DNA of 64,000 bases from Trypanosoma brucei (taxonomy: Eukaryota): positions 32,001-96,000 of the forward strand of contig AL929603.2 of NCBI GenBank assembly GCA_000002445.1. Direction: 5' to 3'. The notes beneath the pieces are model-generated. The model was not told the DNA's origin. It did no database searches and saw only the letters and a program-made list of their open reading frames with translations. Below, in pieces: positions 1 through 12,936 of the stretch (the first letter of the stretch is position 1; each line of letters starts with the position of its first letter). The position numbers and the translations under genes were made by a program.

Positions 1-3000
1 ACGCAGTATACTGCTACTTGTGTGAGAATACTTTTAGTACAAGCGAGTACACGCAGTATAGTGCCACTTGTGTGAGAATACTTTTAGTACAAGCGAGTAC
101 ACGCAGTATACTGCCACTTGTGTGAGAATACTTTTAGTACAAGCGAGTACACGCAGTATACTGCTACTTGTGTGAGAATACTTTTAGTACAAGCGAGTAC
201 ACGCAGTATACTGCCACGTGTGTGAGAATACTTTTAGTACAAGCGAGTACACGCAGTATAGTGCCACTTGTGTGAGAATACTTTTAGTACAAGCGAGTAC
301 ACGCTCTATACTGCCACTTGTGTGAGAATACTTTTAGTACAAGCGAGTACACGCAGTATACTGCTACTTGTGTGAGAATACTTTTAGTACAAGCGAGTAC
401 ACGCAGTATACTGCTACTTGTGTGAGAATACTTTTAGTACAAGCGAGTACACGCAGTATAGTGCCACTTGTGTGAGAATACTTTTAGTACAAGCGAGTAC
501 ACGCAGTATACTGCCACTTGTGTGAGAATACTTTTAGTACAAGCGAGTACACGCTCTATACTGCCACTTGTGTGAGAATACTTTTAGTACAAGCGAGTAC
601 ACGCAGTATACTGCTACTTGTGTGAGAATACTTTTAGTACAAGCGAGTACACGCAGTATACTGCTACTTGTGTGAGAATACTTTTAGTACAAGCGAGTAC
701 ACGCAGTATACTGCTACTTGTGTGAGAATACTTTTAGTACAAGCGAGTACACGCAGTATACTGCTACTTGTGTGAGAATACTTTTAGTACAAGCGAGTAC
801 ACGCAGTATAGTGCCACTTGTGTGAGAATACTTTTAGTACAAGCGAGTACACGCAGTATACTGCCACTTGTGTGAGAATACTTTTAGTACAAGCGAGTAC
901 ACGCAGTATACTGCTACTTGTGTGAGAATACTTTTAGTACAAGCGAGTACACGCAGTATACTGCCACGTGTGTGAGAATACTTTTAGTACAAGCGAGTAC
1001 ACGCAGTATAGTGCCACTTGTGTGAGAATACTTTTAGTACAAGCGAGTACACGCTCTATACTGCCACTTGTGTGAGAATACTTTTAGTACAAGCGAGTAC
1101 ACGCAGTATACTGCTACTTGTGTGAGAATACATTTAGTACAAGCGAGTACACGCAGTATACTGCTACTTGTGTGAGAATACTTTTAGTACAAGCGAGTAC
1201 ACGCAGTATACTGCCACTTGTGTGAGAATACTTTTAGTACAAGCGAGTACACGCAGTATAGTGCCACTTGTGTGAGAATACTTTTAGTACAAGCGAGTAC
1301 ACGCTCTATACTGCCACTTGTGTGAGAATACTTTTAGTACAAGCGAGTACACGCAGTATACTGCTACTTGTGTGAGAATACTTTTAGTACAAGCGAGTAC
1401 ACGCAGTATACTGCTACTTGTGTGAGAATACTTTTAGTACAAGCGAGTACACGCAGTATACTGCTACTTGTGTGAGAATACTTTTAGTACAAGCGAGTAC
1501 ACACAGTATACTGCCACTTGTGTGAGAATACTTTTAGTACAGGCGAGTACACGCAGTATAGTGCCACTTGTGTGAGAATACTTTTAGTACAAGCGAGTAC
1601 ACGCAGTATACTGCCACTTGTGTGAGAATACTTTTAGTACAAGCGAGTACACGCAGTATACTGCTACTTGTGTGAGAATACTTTTAGTACAAGCGAGTAC
1701 ACACAGTATACTGCCACTACTGTGAGAATACTTTTAGTACAGGCGAGTACACACAGTATACTGCCACTACTGTGAGAATACTTATAGTACAAGCGAGTAC
1801 ACGCAGTATAGTGCCACTTGTGTGAGAATACTTTTAGTACAAGCGAGTACACGCAGTATACTGCCACTTGTGTGAGAATACTTTTAGTACAAGCGAGTAC
1901 ACGCAGTATACTGCCACTTGTGTGAGAATACTTTTAGTACAGGCGAGTACACGCAGTATACTGCCACTTGTGTGAGAATACTTTTAGTACAAGCGAGTAC
2001 ACGCAGTATAGTGCCACTTGTGTGAGAATACTTTTAGTACAAGCGAGTACACGCTCTATACTGCCACTTGTGTGAGAATACTTTTAGTACAAGCGAGTAC
2101 ACGCAGTATACTGCTACTTGTGTGAGAATACTTTTAGTACAAGCGAGTACACGCAGTATACTGCCACTTGTGTGAGAATACTTTTAGTACAAGCGAGTAC
2201 ACGCAGTATACTGCTACTTGTGTGAGAATACTTTTAGTACAAGCGAGTACACGCAGTATAGTGCCACTTGTGTGAGAATACTTTTAGTACAAGCGAGTAC
2301 ACGCAGTATACTGCCACTTGTGTGAGAATACTTTTAGTACAAGCGAGTACACGCAGTATACTGCTACTTGTGTGAGAATACTTTTAGTACAAGCGAGTAC
2401 ACGCAGTATACTGCCACGTGTGTGAGAATACTTTTAGTACAAGCGAGTACACGCAGTATAGTGCCACTTGTGTGAGAATACTTTTAGTACAAGCGAGTAC
2501 ACGCAGTATACTGCCACTTGTGTGAGAATACTTTTAGTACAAGCGAGTACACGCAGTATACTGCCACTTGTGTGAGAATACTTTTAGTACAAGCGAGTAC
2601 ACGCAGTATACTGCCACTTGTGTGAGAATACTTTTAGTACAAGCGAGTACACGCAGTATACTGCCACTTGTGTGAGAATACTTTTAGTACAAGCGAGTAC
2701 ACGCAGTATACTGCCACTTGTGTGAGAATACTTTTAGTACAAGCGAGTACACGCAGTATACTGCCACTTGTGTGAGAATACTTTTAGTACAAGCGAGTAC
2801 ACGCAGTATACTGCTACTTGTGTGAGAATACTTTTAGTACAGGCGAGTACACGCAGTATACTGCCACCCCTGTAAGAATACTTTTAGTACAGGTTAGTAC
2901 ACACAGTATACTGCCACCCCTGTAAGAATACTTTTAGTACAGGCGAGTACACACAGTATACTGCCACCCCTGTAAGAATACTTTTAGTACAGGCGAGTAC

Positions 3001-6000
3001 ACACAGTATACTGCCACCCCTGTAAGAATACTTTTAGTACAGGCGAGTACACGCTGTATACTGCCACCCCTGTAAGAATACTTTTAGTACAGGCGAGTAC
3101 ACACAGTATACTGCCACCTCTGTAAGAATACTTTTAGTACAGGCGAGTACACACAGTATACTGCCACCCCTGTAAGAATACTTTTAGTACAGGCGAGTAC
3201 ACACAGTATACTGCCACCCCTGTAAGAATACTTTTAGTACAGGCGAGTACACACAGTATACTGCCACCCCTGTAAGAATACTTTTAGTACAAGCGAGTAC
3301 ACGCAGTATACTGCTACCCCTGTAAGAATACTTTTAGTACAGGCGAGTACACACAATATACTGCTACCCCTGTAAGAATACTTTTAGTACAGGCGAGTAC
3401 ACGCTCTATACTGCTACTCCTGTAAGAATACTTTTAGTACAGGCGAGTACACACAATATACTGCTACCCCTGTAAGAATACTTTTAGTACAAGCGAGTAC
3501 ACACAGTATACTGCCACCCCTGTAAGAATACTTTTAGTACAGGCGAGTACACACAGTATACTGCCACCCCTGTAAGAATACTTTTAGTACAGGCGAGTAC
3601 ACGCAGTATAGTGCCACTTGTGTGAGAATACTTTTAGTACAAGCGAGTACACGCAGTATACTGCCACCCCTGTAAGAATACTTTTAGTACAGGCGAGTAC
3701 ACACAGTATACTGCCACCCATGTACGAATACTTTTAGTACAGGCGAGTACACACAGTATACTGCCACCCCTGTGAGAATACTTTTCGTACAGGCGAGTAC
3801 ACACAGTATACTGCCACCCCTGTAAGAATACTTTTAGTATAAGCGAGTACACGCAGTATACTGCCACCCCTGTAAGAATACTTTTAGTATAAGCGAGTAC
3901 ACGCAGTATACTGCCACCCCTGTGAGAATACTTTTAGTACAGGCGAGTACACGCAGTATACTGCCACCCCTGTAAGAATACTTTTAGTACAGGCGAGTAC
4001 ACGCAGTATACTGCCACCCCTGTAAGAATACTTTTAGTACAGGCGAGTACACGCAGTATACTGCCACCTCTGTGAGAATACTTTTAGTACAGGCGAGTAC
4101 ACGCAGTATACTGCCACCCCTGTAAGAATACTTTTAGTACAGGCGAGTACACGCAGTATACTGCCACCCCTGTAAGAATACTTTTAGTACAAGCGAGTAC
4201 ACGCAGTATACTGCCACCCCTGTAAGAATACTTTTAGTACAGGCGAGTACACGCAGTATACTGCCACCCCTGTAAGAATACTTTTAGTACAGGCGAGTAC
4301 ACGCAGTATACTGCCCCCCCTGTGAGAATACTTTTAGTATAAGCGAGTACACGCAGTATACTGCTACCCCTGTGAGAATACGTTTAGTACAGGCGAGTAC
4401 ACGCAGTATACTGCTACCCCTGTGAGAATACTTTTAGTACAAGCGAGTACACGCAGTATACTGCTACCCCTGTGAGAATACTTTTAGTACAAGCGAGTAC
4501 ACGCAGTATACTGCCACCCCTGTAAGAATACTTTTAGTACAAGCGAGTACACACAGTATACTGCCACCCCTGTGAGAATACTTTTAGTACAAGCGAGTAC
4601 ACACAGTATACTGCTACTTGTGTGAGAATACTTTTAGTACAAGCGAGTACACACAGTATACTGCCACCCCTGTGAGAATACTTTTAGTACAGGCGAGTAC
4701 ACACAGTATACTGCCACCCCTGTGAGAATACTTTTAGTACAGGCGAGTACACGCAGTATACTGCCACCCCTGTAAGAATACTTTTAGTACAAGCGAGTAC
4801 ACGCAGTATACTGCCACTTGTGTGAGAATACTTTTAGTACAGGGGAGTACACGCTCTATACTGCCACCCCTGTGAGAATACTTTTAGTACAGGCTAGTAC
4901 ACACAGTATACTGCCACCCCTGTGAGAATACTTTTAGTACAGGGGAGTACACACAGTATACTGCCACCCCTGTGAGAATACTTTTAGCACAGGGGAGTAC
5001 ACACAGTATACTGCCACCCCTGTAAGAATACTTTTAGTACAGGCGAGTACACACAGTATACTGCCACCCCTGTGAGAATACTTTTAGTACAGGCGAGTAC
5101 ACGCTCTATACTACCACCCCTGTAAGAATACTTTTAGTACAGGCGTGTACACACAGTATACTGCCACCCCTGTAAGAATACTTTTAGTACAGGCGAGTAC
5201 ACACAGTATACTGCTACTTGTGTGAGAATACTTTTAGTACAAGCGAGTACACGCAGTATACTGCTACTTGTGTGAGAATACTTTTAGTACAAGCGAGTAC
5301 ACGCAGTATACTGCTACTTGTGTGAGAATACTTTTAGTACAAGCGAGTACACGCAGTATAGTGCCACTTGTGTGAGAATACTTTTAGTACAAGCGAGTAC
5401 ACGCAGTATACTACCACCCCTGTGAGAATACTTTTCGTACAGGCGAGTACACGCAGTATACTACCACCCCTGTAAGAATACTTTTAGTATAGGCGAGTAC
5501 ACGCAGTATACTACCACCCCTGTAAGAATACTTTTAGTATAGGCGAGTACACGCAGTATACTACCACCCCTATGCAATTACTTTTCGTACAGGCGAGTAC
5601 ACGCAGTATACTGCCACCCCTATGCAATTACTTTTCGTACAGGCGAGTACACGCAGTATACTGCCACCCCTGTAAGAATACGTTTCGTACAGGCGAGTAC
5701 ACACAGTATACTGCCACCCCTGTAAGAATACGTTTCGTACAGGCGAGTGCACACAGTATACTGCCACCCCTATGCAATTAGTTTTCGTACAGGCGAGTAC
5801 ACGCAGTATACTGCCACCCCTGTAAGAATACGTTTCGTACAGGCGAGTACACACAGTATACTGCCACCCCTATGCAATTAGTTTTCGTACAGGCGAGTAC
5901 ACGCAGTATACTGCCACCCCTGTAAGAATACTTTTAGTACAGGCGAGTACACGCAGTATACTGCCACCCCTGTGAGAATACTTTTAGTACAGGCGAGTAC

Positions 6001-8150
6001 ACACAGTATACTGCCACCCCTGTAAGAATACTTTTAGTACAGGGGAGTACACACAGTATACTGCCACCCCTGTAAGAATACTTTTAGTACAGGGGAGTAC
6101 ACGCAGTATACTGCCACCCCTGTGAGAATACTTTTAGTACAGGGGAGTACACACAGTATACTGCCACCCCTGTAAGAATACTTTTAGTACAGGGGAGTAC
6201 ACACAGTATACTGCCACCCCTGTAAGAATACTTTTAGTACAGGGGAGTACACACAGTATACTGCCACCCCTGTGAGAATACTTTTAGTACAGGCTAGTAC
6301 ACGCTCTATACTGCCACCCCTGTAAGAATACTTTTAGTACAGGGGAGTACACACAGTATACTGCCACCCCTGTGAGAATACTTTTAGTACAGGCGTGTAC
6401 ACACAGTATACTGCCACCCCTGTGAGAATACTTTTAGTACAGGCGTGTACACACAGTATACTGCCACCCCTGTAAGAATACTTTTAGTACAGGCGTGTAC
6501 ACACAGTATACTGCCACCCCTGTGAGAATACTTTTAGTACAGGCGTGTACACACAGTATACTGCCACCCCTGTAAGAATACTTTTAGTACAGGCGAGTAC
6601 ACACAGTATACTGCCACCCCTGTAAGAATACTTTTAGTACAGGCGAGTACACACAGTATACTGCCACCCCTGTGAGAATACTTTTAGTACAGGCGAGTAC
6701 ACACAGTATACTGCCACCCCTGTAAGAATACTTTTAGTACAGGCGAGTACACACAGTATACTGCCACCCCTGTAAGAATACTTTTAGTACAAGCGAGTAC
6801 ACACAGTATACTGCCACCCCTGTGAGAATACTTTTAGTACAAGCGAGTACACACAGTATACTGCCACCCCTGTGAGAATACTTTTAGTACAAGCGAGTAC
6901 ACACAGTATACTGCCACCCCTGTAAGAATACTTTTAGTACAGGCGAGTACACACAGTATACTGCCACCCCTGTGAGAATACTTTTAGTACAGGCGAGTAC
7001 ACACAGTATACTGTCACCCCTGTAAGAATACTTTTAGTACAGGCGAGTACACGCTCTAGACTGCTACCCCTGTAAGAATACTTTTAGTACAAGCGAGTAC
7101 ACACAATATACTGCCACCCCTGTGAGAATACTTTTAGTACAGGCGAGTACACACAATATACTGCTACCCCTGTAAGAATACTTTTAGTACAGGCGAGTAC
7201 ACACAATATACTGCTACCCCTGTAAGAATACTTTTAGTACAGGCGAGTACACACAATATACTGCCACCCCTGTAAGAATACTTTTAGTACAGGCGAGTAC
7301 ACACAGTATACTGCCACCCCTGTGAGAACACGTTTAGTACAGGCGAGTACACACAGTATACTGCCACCCCTGTAAGAATACTTTTAGTACAGGCGAGTAC
7401 ACACAGTATACTGCCACCCCTGTGAGAATACTTTTAGTACAGGCGAGTACACACAATATACTGCTACCCCTGTAAGAATACTTTTAGTACAGGCGAGTAC
7501 ACACAGTATACTGCCACCCCTGTGAGAATACTTTTAGTACAGGCTAGTACACACAGTATACTGCCACCCCTGTAAGAATACTTTTAGTACAGGCGAGTAC
7601 ACACAATATACTGCCACCCCTGTAAGAATACTTTTAGTACAGGCGAGTACACACAATATACTGCCACCCCTGTAAGAATACTTTTAGTACAAGCGAGTAC
7701 ACGCAGTATACTGTCCCCCCTGTGAGAATACTTTTAGTACAGGCGAGTACACACAGTATACTGCCACCCCAGTAAGAACACGTTTAGTACAAGCGAGTAC
7801 ACACAGTATACTGCCACCCCTGTAAGAATACTTTTAGTACAGGCGAGTACACACAGTATACTGCCACCCCTGTAAGAATACTTTTAGTACAGGCGAGTAC
7901 ACACAATATACTGCTACCCCTGTAAGAATACTTTTAGTACAGGCGAGTACACACAGTATACTGCCACCCCTGTAAGAATACGTTTCGTACAGGCGAGTGC
8001 ACGCAGTATACTACCACCCCTATGCAATTACTTTTTGTACAGGCGAGTGCACGCAGTATACTACCACCCCTATGCAATTACTTTTAGTACAGGCGAGTAC
8101 ACGCAGTATACTACCACCCCTATGCAATTACGTTTCGTACAGGCGAGTAC
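1..8150. repeat. Tandem array of an exact 50-bp unit, about 163 copies. It matches the '50-bp repeat' arrays known upstream of T. brucei VSG expression sites. Three sequence variants occur in blocks.
   Basis: Period is exactly 50 bp (acgcagtatactgctacttgtgtgagaatacttttagtacaagcgagtac), read from position 1 to 8150. The array ends abruptly at acggggggaacc (8151). Variant A (ctgctacttgtgtgagaata) dominates 1-2830. Variant B (ctgccacccctgtaagaata) dominates 2831-7980. Variant C (ctaccacccctatgcaatta, followed by tttcgtac) occurs at 5400-5900 and at 7980-8150 next to unique DNA. There are no unique spacers. Confidence 0.9.
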
Positions 8151-8794
8151 ACGGGGGGAACCAAGCGAAATTATTTGTTAAGGTGATGTCAGCGGTGGGG
8201 TAGTGAGTGAAATGTTGTGGAGGAATGTGGAGTTATGGTATGGGAGTTTATGATGGTATTTGCTTAAATTAGAAGTAGTGTCAAGGAATTAAAAGATGAC
8301 AAATAAAATGTGAAACCGGTATACGTGAGTGGGTGATTAATATATTTTATAATTTGTTCTTTTCTTAAGAATGAAATGGGTATATAAAAAAACCAAATAA
8401 CGTATGTTTAGGAGCCTTTATATGGATTTATTTCACAACGTCTTTCTAACTTATTCTTGCTGAACTTATGAGTATATTGGCCCTGTTCCACCTATAAAGC
8501 CGTTGATTTATAAATGGGGTGGATTTAACTTCTTCACATTAGCCACTGTTTCCACAAAACAATACGATGAGCCATTGTTATAAATTTTAAGACGTTGTCA
8601 CACATGCTTAAAGTGTTTGACATTAGAAAAGAATGTAGTTCCCTGCGCATTATGCTGCCACAGTGCAACATTTCCTACAGTCCTATGTTGGTAAATCAGC
8701 AACCTACTGAAAGGCGTAACGGAAAGCACCGTTTCTTTTTTAAAAGTTTATCTTCATTCGGTTTTTTTTTTGTCAAGCGATATGAATGAGCTTC

Positions 8795-8836
8795 TGTGTG
8801 TGTATCTGTGTATGTCTGTGTTTGTTTGTGTGTACC
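8795..8836. repeat. Imperfect GT/TG-rich microsatellite
   Basis: tgtgtgtgtatctgtgtatgtctgtgtttgtttgtgtgt, read directly from the sequence. Confidence 0.8.
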
Positions 8837-10039
8837 AACACATATTTGGCATCAACTTCCATGGTTGCTACAATACTGTCTGCTGGAAGTACTTTTAGAA
8901 ACGCGGTGGAAACAGGGACCTCCACATCGCTTTTATTTTTAGACGCGTCTGGTGGACATAACTGATGTCGCTTCTGCCAACGTGACCATGAGGAAGAGAG
9001 ATATAATAATAATAATAACTTTTATTTATAAAAAATGTTTAGAAACAGATGGTGATGAACAATCCTTCTGACAGGACTGCAGTGGTGGGATGAGCACCTC
9101 AACATCAGCACCATTATGGGTGGCGTCCACCGTCCAAACAGTTGTGTACGGGACAGCGGTCACAAGGCGATTTTGTGTTATTTCAGCGAGAGGAGTAAAG
9201 AAATCCACACGGCACTGGTCGTCTTGATCTGCATTTTTTTCCAAAGATGACAGCAACACCACAAGCAGAGCTAAAGCATGCATAGGCGGAACAGCACCCT
9301 CGTCGATATGGAACAACACAGCAACTGTCACGCTCTCATTTCCTTTAGCGCGTGCATCAACTACTCATGTTACATACACTACCTGTAGAGCCACCTTCAG
9401 ACACATTAATATATCAATGTATTTAAAATAAAGTAAAAAAAAAAAGAAAATAGAAAAGAAAAGAAGTGAAGAGGACTTCACTGCATTTTCACGGCATACA
9501 ACGGCGAAATCGTTATTTTCGTTGTTGTTTTCTCTCCCTCCATCTCTTTTGTTATCGCCAAATAACAAAAGGAACCATGAATATTATCACAATTACTGCG
9601 CGTTACAGTTTGGTGTCACATTTTATTTTTAAATCCCCATGTGAGGATGCGCAATTTAGTGTACAGATAAATTTCACCCGATTCATCATTCTTCATGCAG
9701 GAAAGATGTATCAAAAAAAAAGTAAAAAATAAAAAAAAGAGAAATCACACTTTATACTATTTCTATCATTGGAATCCCATGAAATCAAGCGAAAGACACG
9801 TACTTATTCCCATTCCTTGAAGTTCTTGAAGTAAAATCTTGAACACATTGGGGGAATCCACATGTGAGACGGGTATTTTTGGCATTACATTATGAACAAT
9901 ACATGTCCTCTTCTCACCATTTATAACCCACACGAGCAGCATCAAATATAAATTGTGAAGAGGTATGAGATCACAAGGAGCTCGCTCTCATTGAGAAGGT
10001 TGGATGCGTCATATATATATATAATCATGTAATCCCTTT

Positions 10040-11830
10040 TCATTTCAACAATACGCAAACCTCCACTGCGGAATCGACTTTGAATGAGTTGACCTCGTCA
10101 GCACGAAACGGGGCCCGCCCAGTGGCATGAACATTAATCTTATCAGTAAACATGTGTTTGAGGTGTTGGTAATAAATGGGGTCAAAGAAAACATAAGTGC
10201 GTATCATCTTCCCCGTTATGCCCGAGTGGAAAATATACATCATCTCCGTGAAGATAATTGTATCCATGTTGTATCAATTCCTCATCCAGCTCTTCATCCT
10301 TATCGGTACCCAAAGATAGTGCCATCGCCTAACTTTTCCGTGAATGCACTCACACCTTTGAGCTAACAAGTTCCAGCAACTTTCCAACTGTCATACGGCT
10401 CGGGAATCCATGAGAATTTATGATCATATCTGTGCAAATGCCTTTACTCATTGAAGGGCATGTTAATACACCATCAGTCATGAGATCCACTACTCCCTCC
10501 AGCCCGTGCCGTGAGGAAAACTTATTTCAGACCTCGGGACCGCGAACTTCTCTCGTAGCAACTTTAACTTTATTGTTCTACATCCATTGATATATCCGAG
10601 TCACTGGAAGGTGAGAGATGACCACATTTGGTTCACAACAGCAGGCTGAGGGTATTTATTATATTCAAGAAAATTAGGTCTTGTTTTCATGGAAGGCACG
10701 GGAGGGTATTTGTTTACTAAAATATCAAACTGACAAACAGCCGCACCTTTACTACTGGCAATACCATCAATATTAAAGGCATTGTGTCTCGCAACATTCC
10801 AATCTGTTGGAAGAATTATATCATACATACTCACCGTTGGGAAGTCTTTCCAGTTCCATCTCATGCTTGCAGAAAACAACATAGCACCCATAGCCACAAT
10901 TGAGCGAACTGCGGTTGTGTACACCTTTGCGTCTTCAATATCGTAACCTCTATAGCTCATAATGCATACCATTGTATTAATTCCCGCATCTAATATTTTG
11001 TAGTTGCTTAGGTTCATAGCCTTCGTCCAGCAAAGGGATCGTTGAGAGTAAGCACTCAACATAAGTACTGTGTCCATTTATAATGTACTGAATATACGCA
11101 ATGGTTCCAACAGCTTGCTTGCCAATGGCTGACTGTAATGTGTTTCGTGCAAATTGATTGTGATGTGGAAAGGAAAATAATGCTAGCGACAACTCCAAGT
11201 GAGTCTCGTGTACTGCTCAATGTCTTTGTGGTGAACTGCTATAAGACAGACATTCGCTTCGTCATATAAGTCAATGAATTCCACAACAAACCTTCAGCTA
11301 AAATATCGTTAATCGATCACTTACTTGAACTCAAGTTATCCAGGTGTTAAGAAATTACAGCGTGTTTACCGTCGCTAACGAAAACATACAACCTCACGAT
11401 CCTTCTGCCAACACAAACAATTTGAACACTCTTCTGACGGTCATTTATCGCAATTGAAACGTGTGGATGCAAGCGGCCTGTGTTCCTCAGGGTTCGTAAT
11501 ACATCCCGACACAAACGGCTCATGTATCGATAAACGCACATCAGCACTTCATTGAGGAAAACTGTGTAGTATTTAAGAAATTCGTTAAGGCTGATATAAT
11601 CTATTTCCTCCACTCCAATATTGTACGCATCCGCATGTAAACAAACAAATTATCCATGTTGAGTGTTACCTGACTAAGAATAGCAAAATTATTAACCAAA
11701 CAGCAACAACTTTCACCCTCTGGGGTATTGCAAGGAGGGATATACACCATTCCCCATTGACTTGAATAGAGAAATAATGATCCGCACATGTGGGTCAATA
11801 CACGAAGTCATGGTCACTCCACTGCTGCCG
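10040..11830 (-). pseudogene. Unidentified degenerate, fragmented ORF cluster (pseudogene X, copy 1) in the 3' flank of RHS-a
   Basis: Minus-strand ORF fragments of 65, 88, 73, 158 and 75 aa lie collinearly in shifting frames. The same string recurs at 25401-27200 with extra frameshifts. No motif I can assign. Tested mentally against P-loop, RT and VSG-like composition; none fit. Confidence 0.35.
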
Positions 11831-12936
11831 TTACATATGATCACTGCATGGTTTTCGTATCAATGTTGATGATGATATGGGATTTGCTGCTGGAGGCAAC
11901 CAGAAACATAAGTTTAAGGTTCCCACGTGTGGAGAGAGGCCCAACTGCCAACCCTCAAGCAGGATAACAGAAGTGATTATAAGTAAAGAGAAGACAACAT
12001 ATCATAGCATGTTTACCCACCGACACATAATTGAAGAAAGAAAGAGATAGAAAGAGAGGAAAATAGAAACAATCACGTCACCAGCTGCGTGTCTGCGAAG
12101 AGCATCATCAAGAGCTGCTCCATAACTGCAACCATAACTAACATGTATAATATAATTATAACAGCTCGTATATAAAACAGCACATCCAGTAATTGCTTCT
12201 AATGTTTGCATATTTCGCTCCGTCACAATCTCTCTCCCATGACACCTACTAGAAATACAACTCAGAGGAGTTATAGTTTAGGCATGTTTCCAATACGCTC
12301 TCTCCACCAAGGATGGCGAAGAAGCAAAAAGTACTATTACATTTTTGTTCTTTTTATCATTGGCCTATAGATCCCTATCTCTACACGGATGTAAAATTTA
12401 GATTGTATAAATGAAAAGAAGATGTGAAGAGTTAGTGTAGTATAATCCAATCCTATAGTTTGTAATAGCACAAATGAAAACAAAACGTCACAATGTTTTC
12501 TTACGTCTTTCGATAACATTATTTCTGTCTTTCTTTGTGACCCTTAAGATTACGATGTGGCTTAACTCCAGTTATGCGTTAGCCTATAAAATACTGCACT
12601 CCTTCTACTTCCTCCACTACGTTGTCGTCTCGCCACGTTTCCTTGGAAACTTCATTACATTCATACCATGGCCTCCTTGCTGCACCCAAAAGAAAAAGCA
12701 GCTACACCTCCTTGCCCGCTGTGAGGTTACTGAATATACTTCGGACGTCACTGATTATGTGCACCTCTGTGTTACTCTTGTTTTGACTGCAGTCCGCTGA
12801 ACTTGGTTTCCTTTCAAACTGCCACACCCCAAGCGCTGCCCACTGCCGAGGAGATTGAACCGCATATATTCACCTCCTTCCACAGCGTCCGTTGCGTGTC
12901 AAACAACAGCGACTGGCCTTACTCCAGCTATTGGGT

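Noticed and set aside
1-8150. Possible CRISPR array (regular short direct repeats)
   Set aside because: There are no unique spacers. The 50-bp unit repeats head-to-tail with only point variants. The genomic context is eukaryotic (trypanosome RHS/ingi) and no cas genes are present.
1664-8203. Track ORFs inside the 50-bp array (e.g. 1664-1867, 3634-3867, 5570-5854, 5572-5781, 7997-8203)
   Set aside because: They are periodic translations of the tandem repeat. The peptide repeats every about 17 aa (50 nt) and has no biological coding signal.
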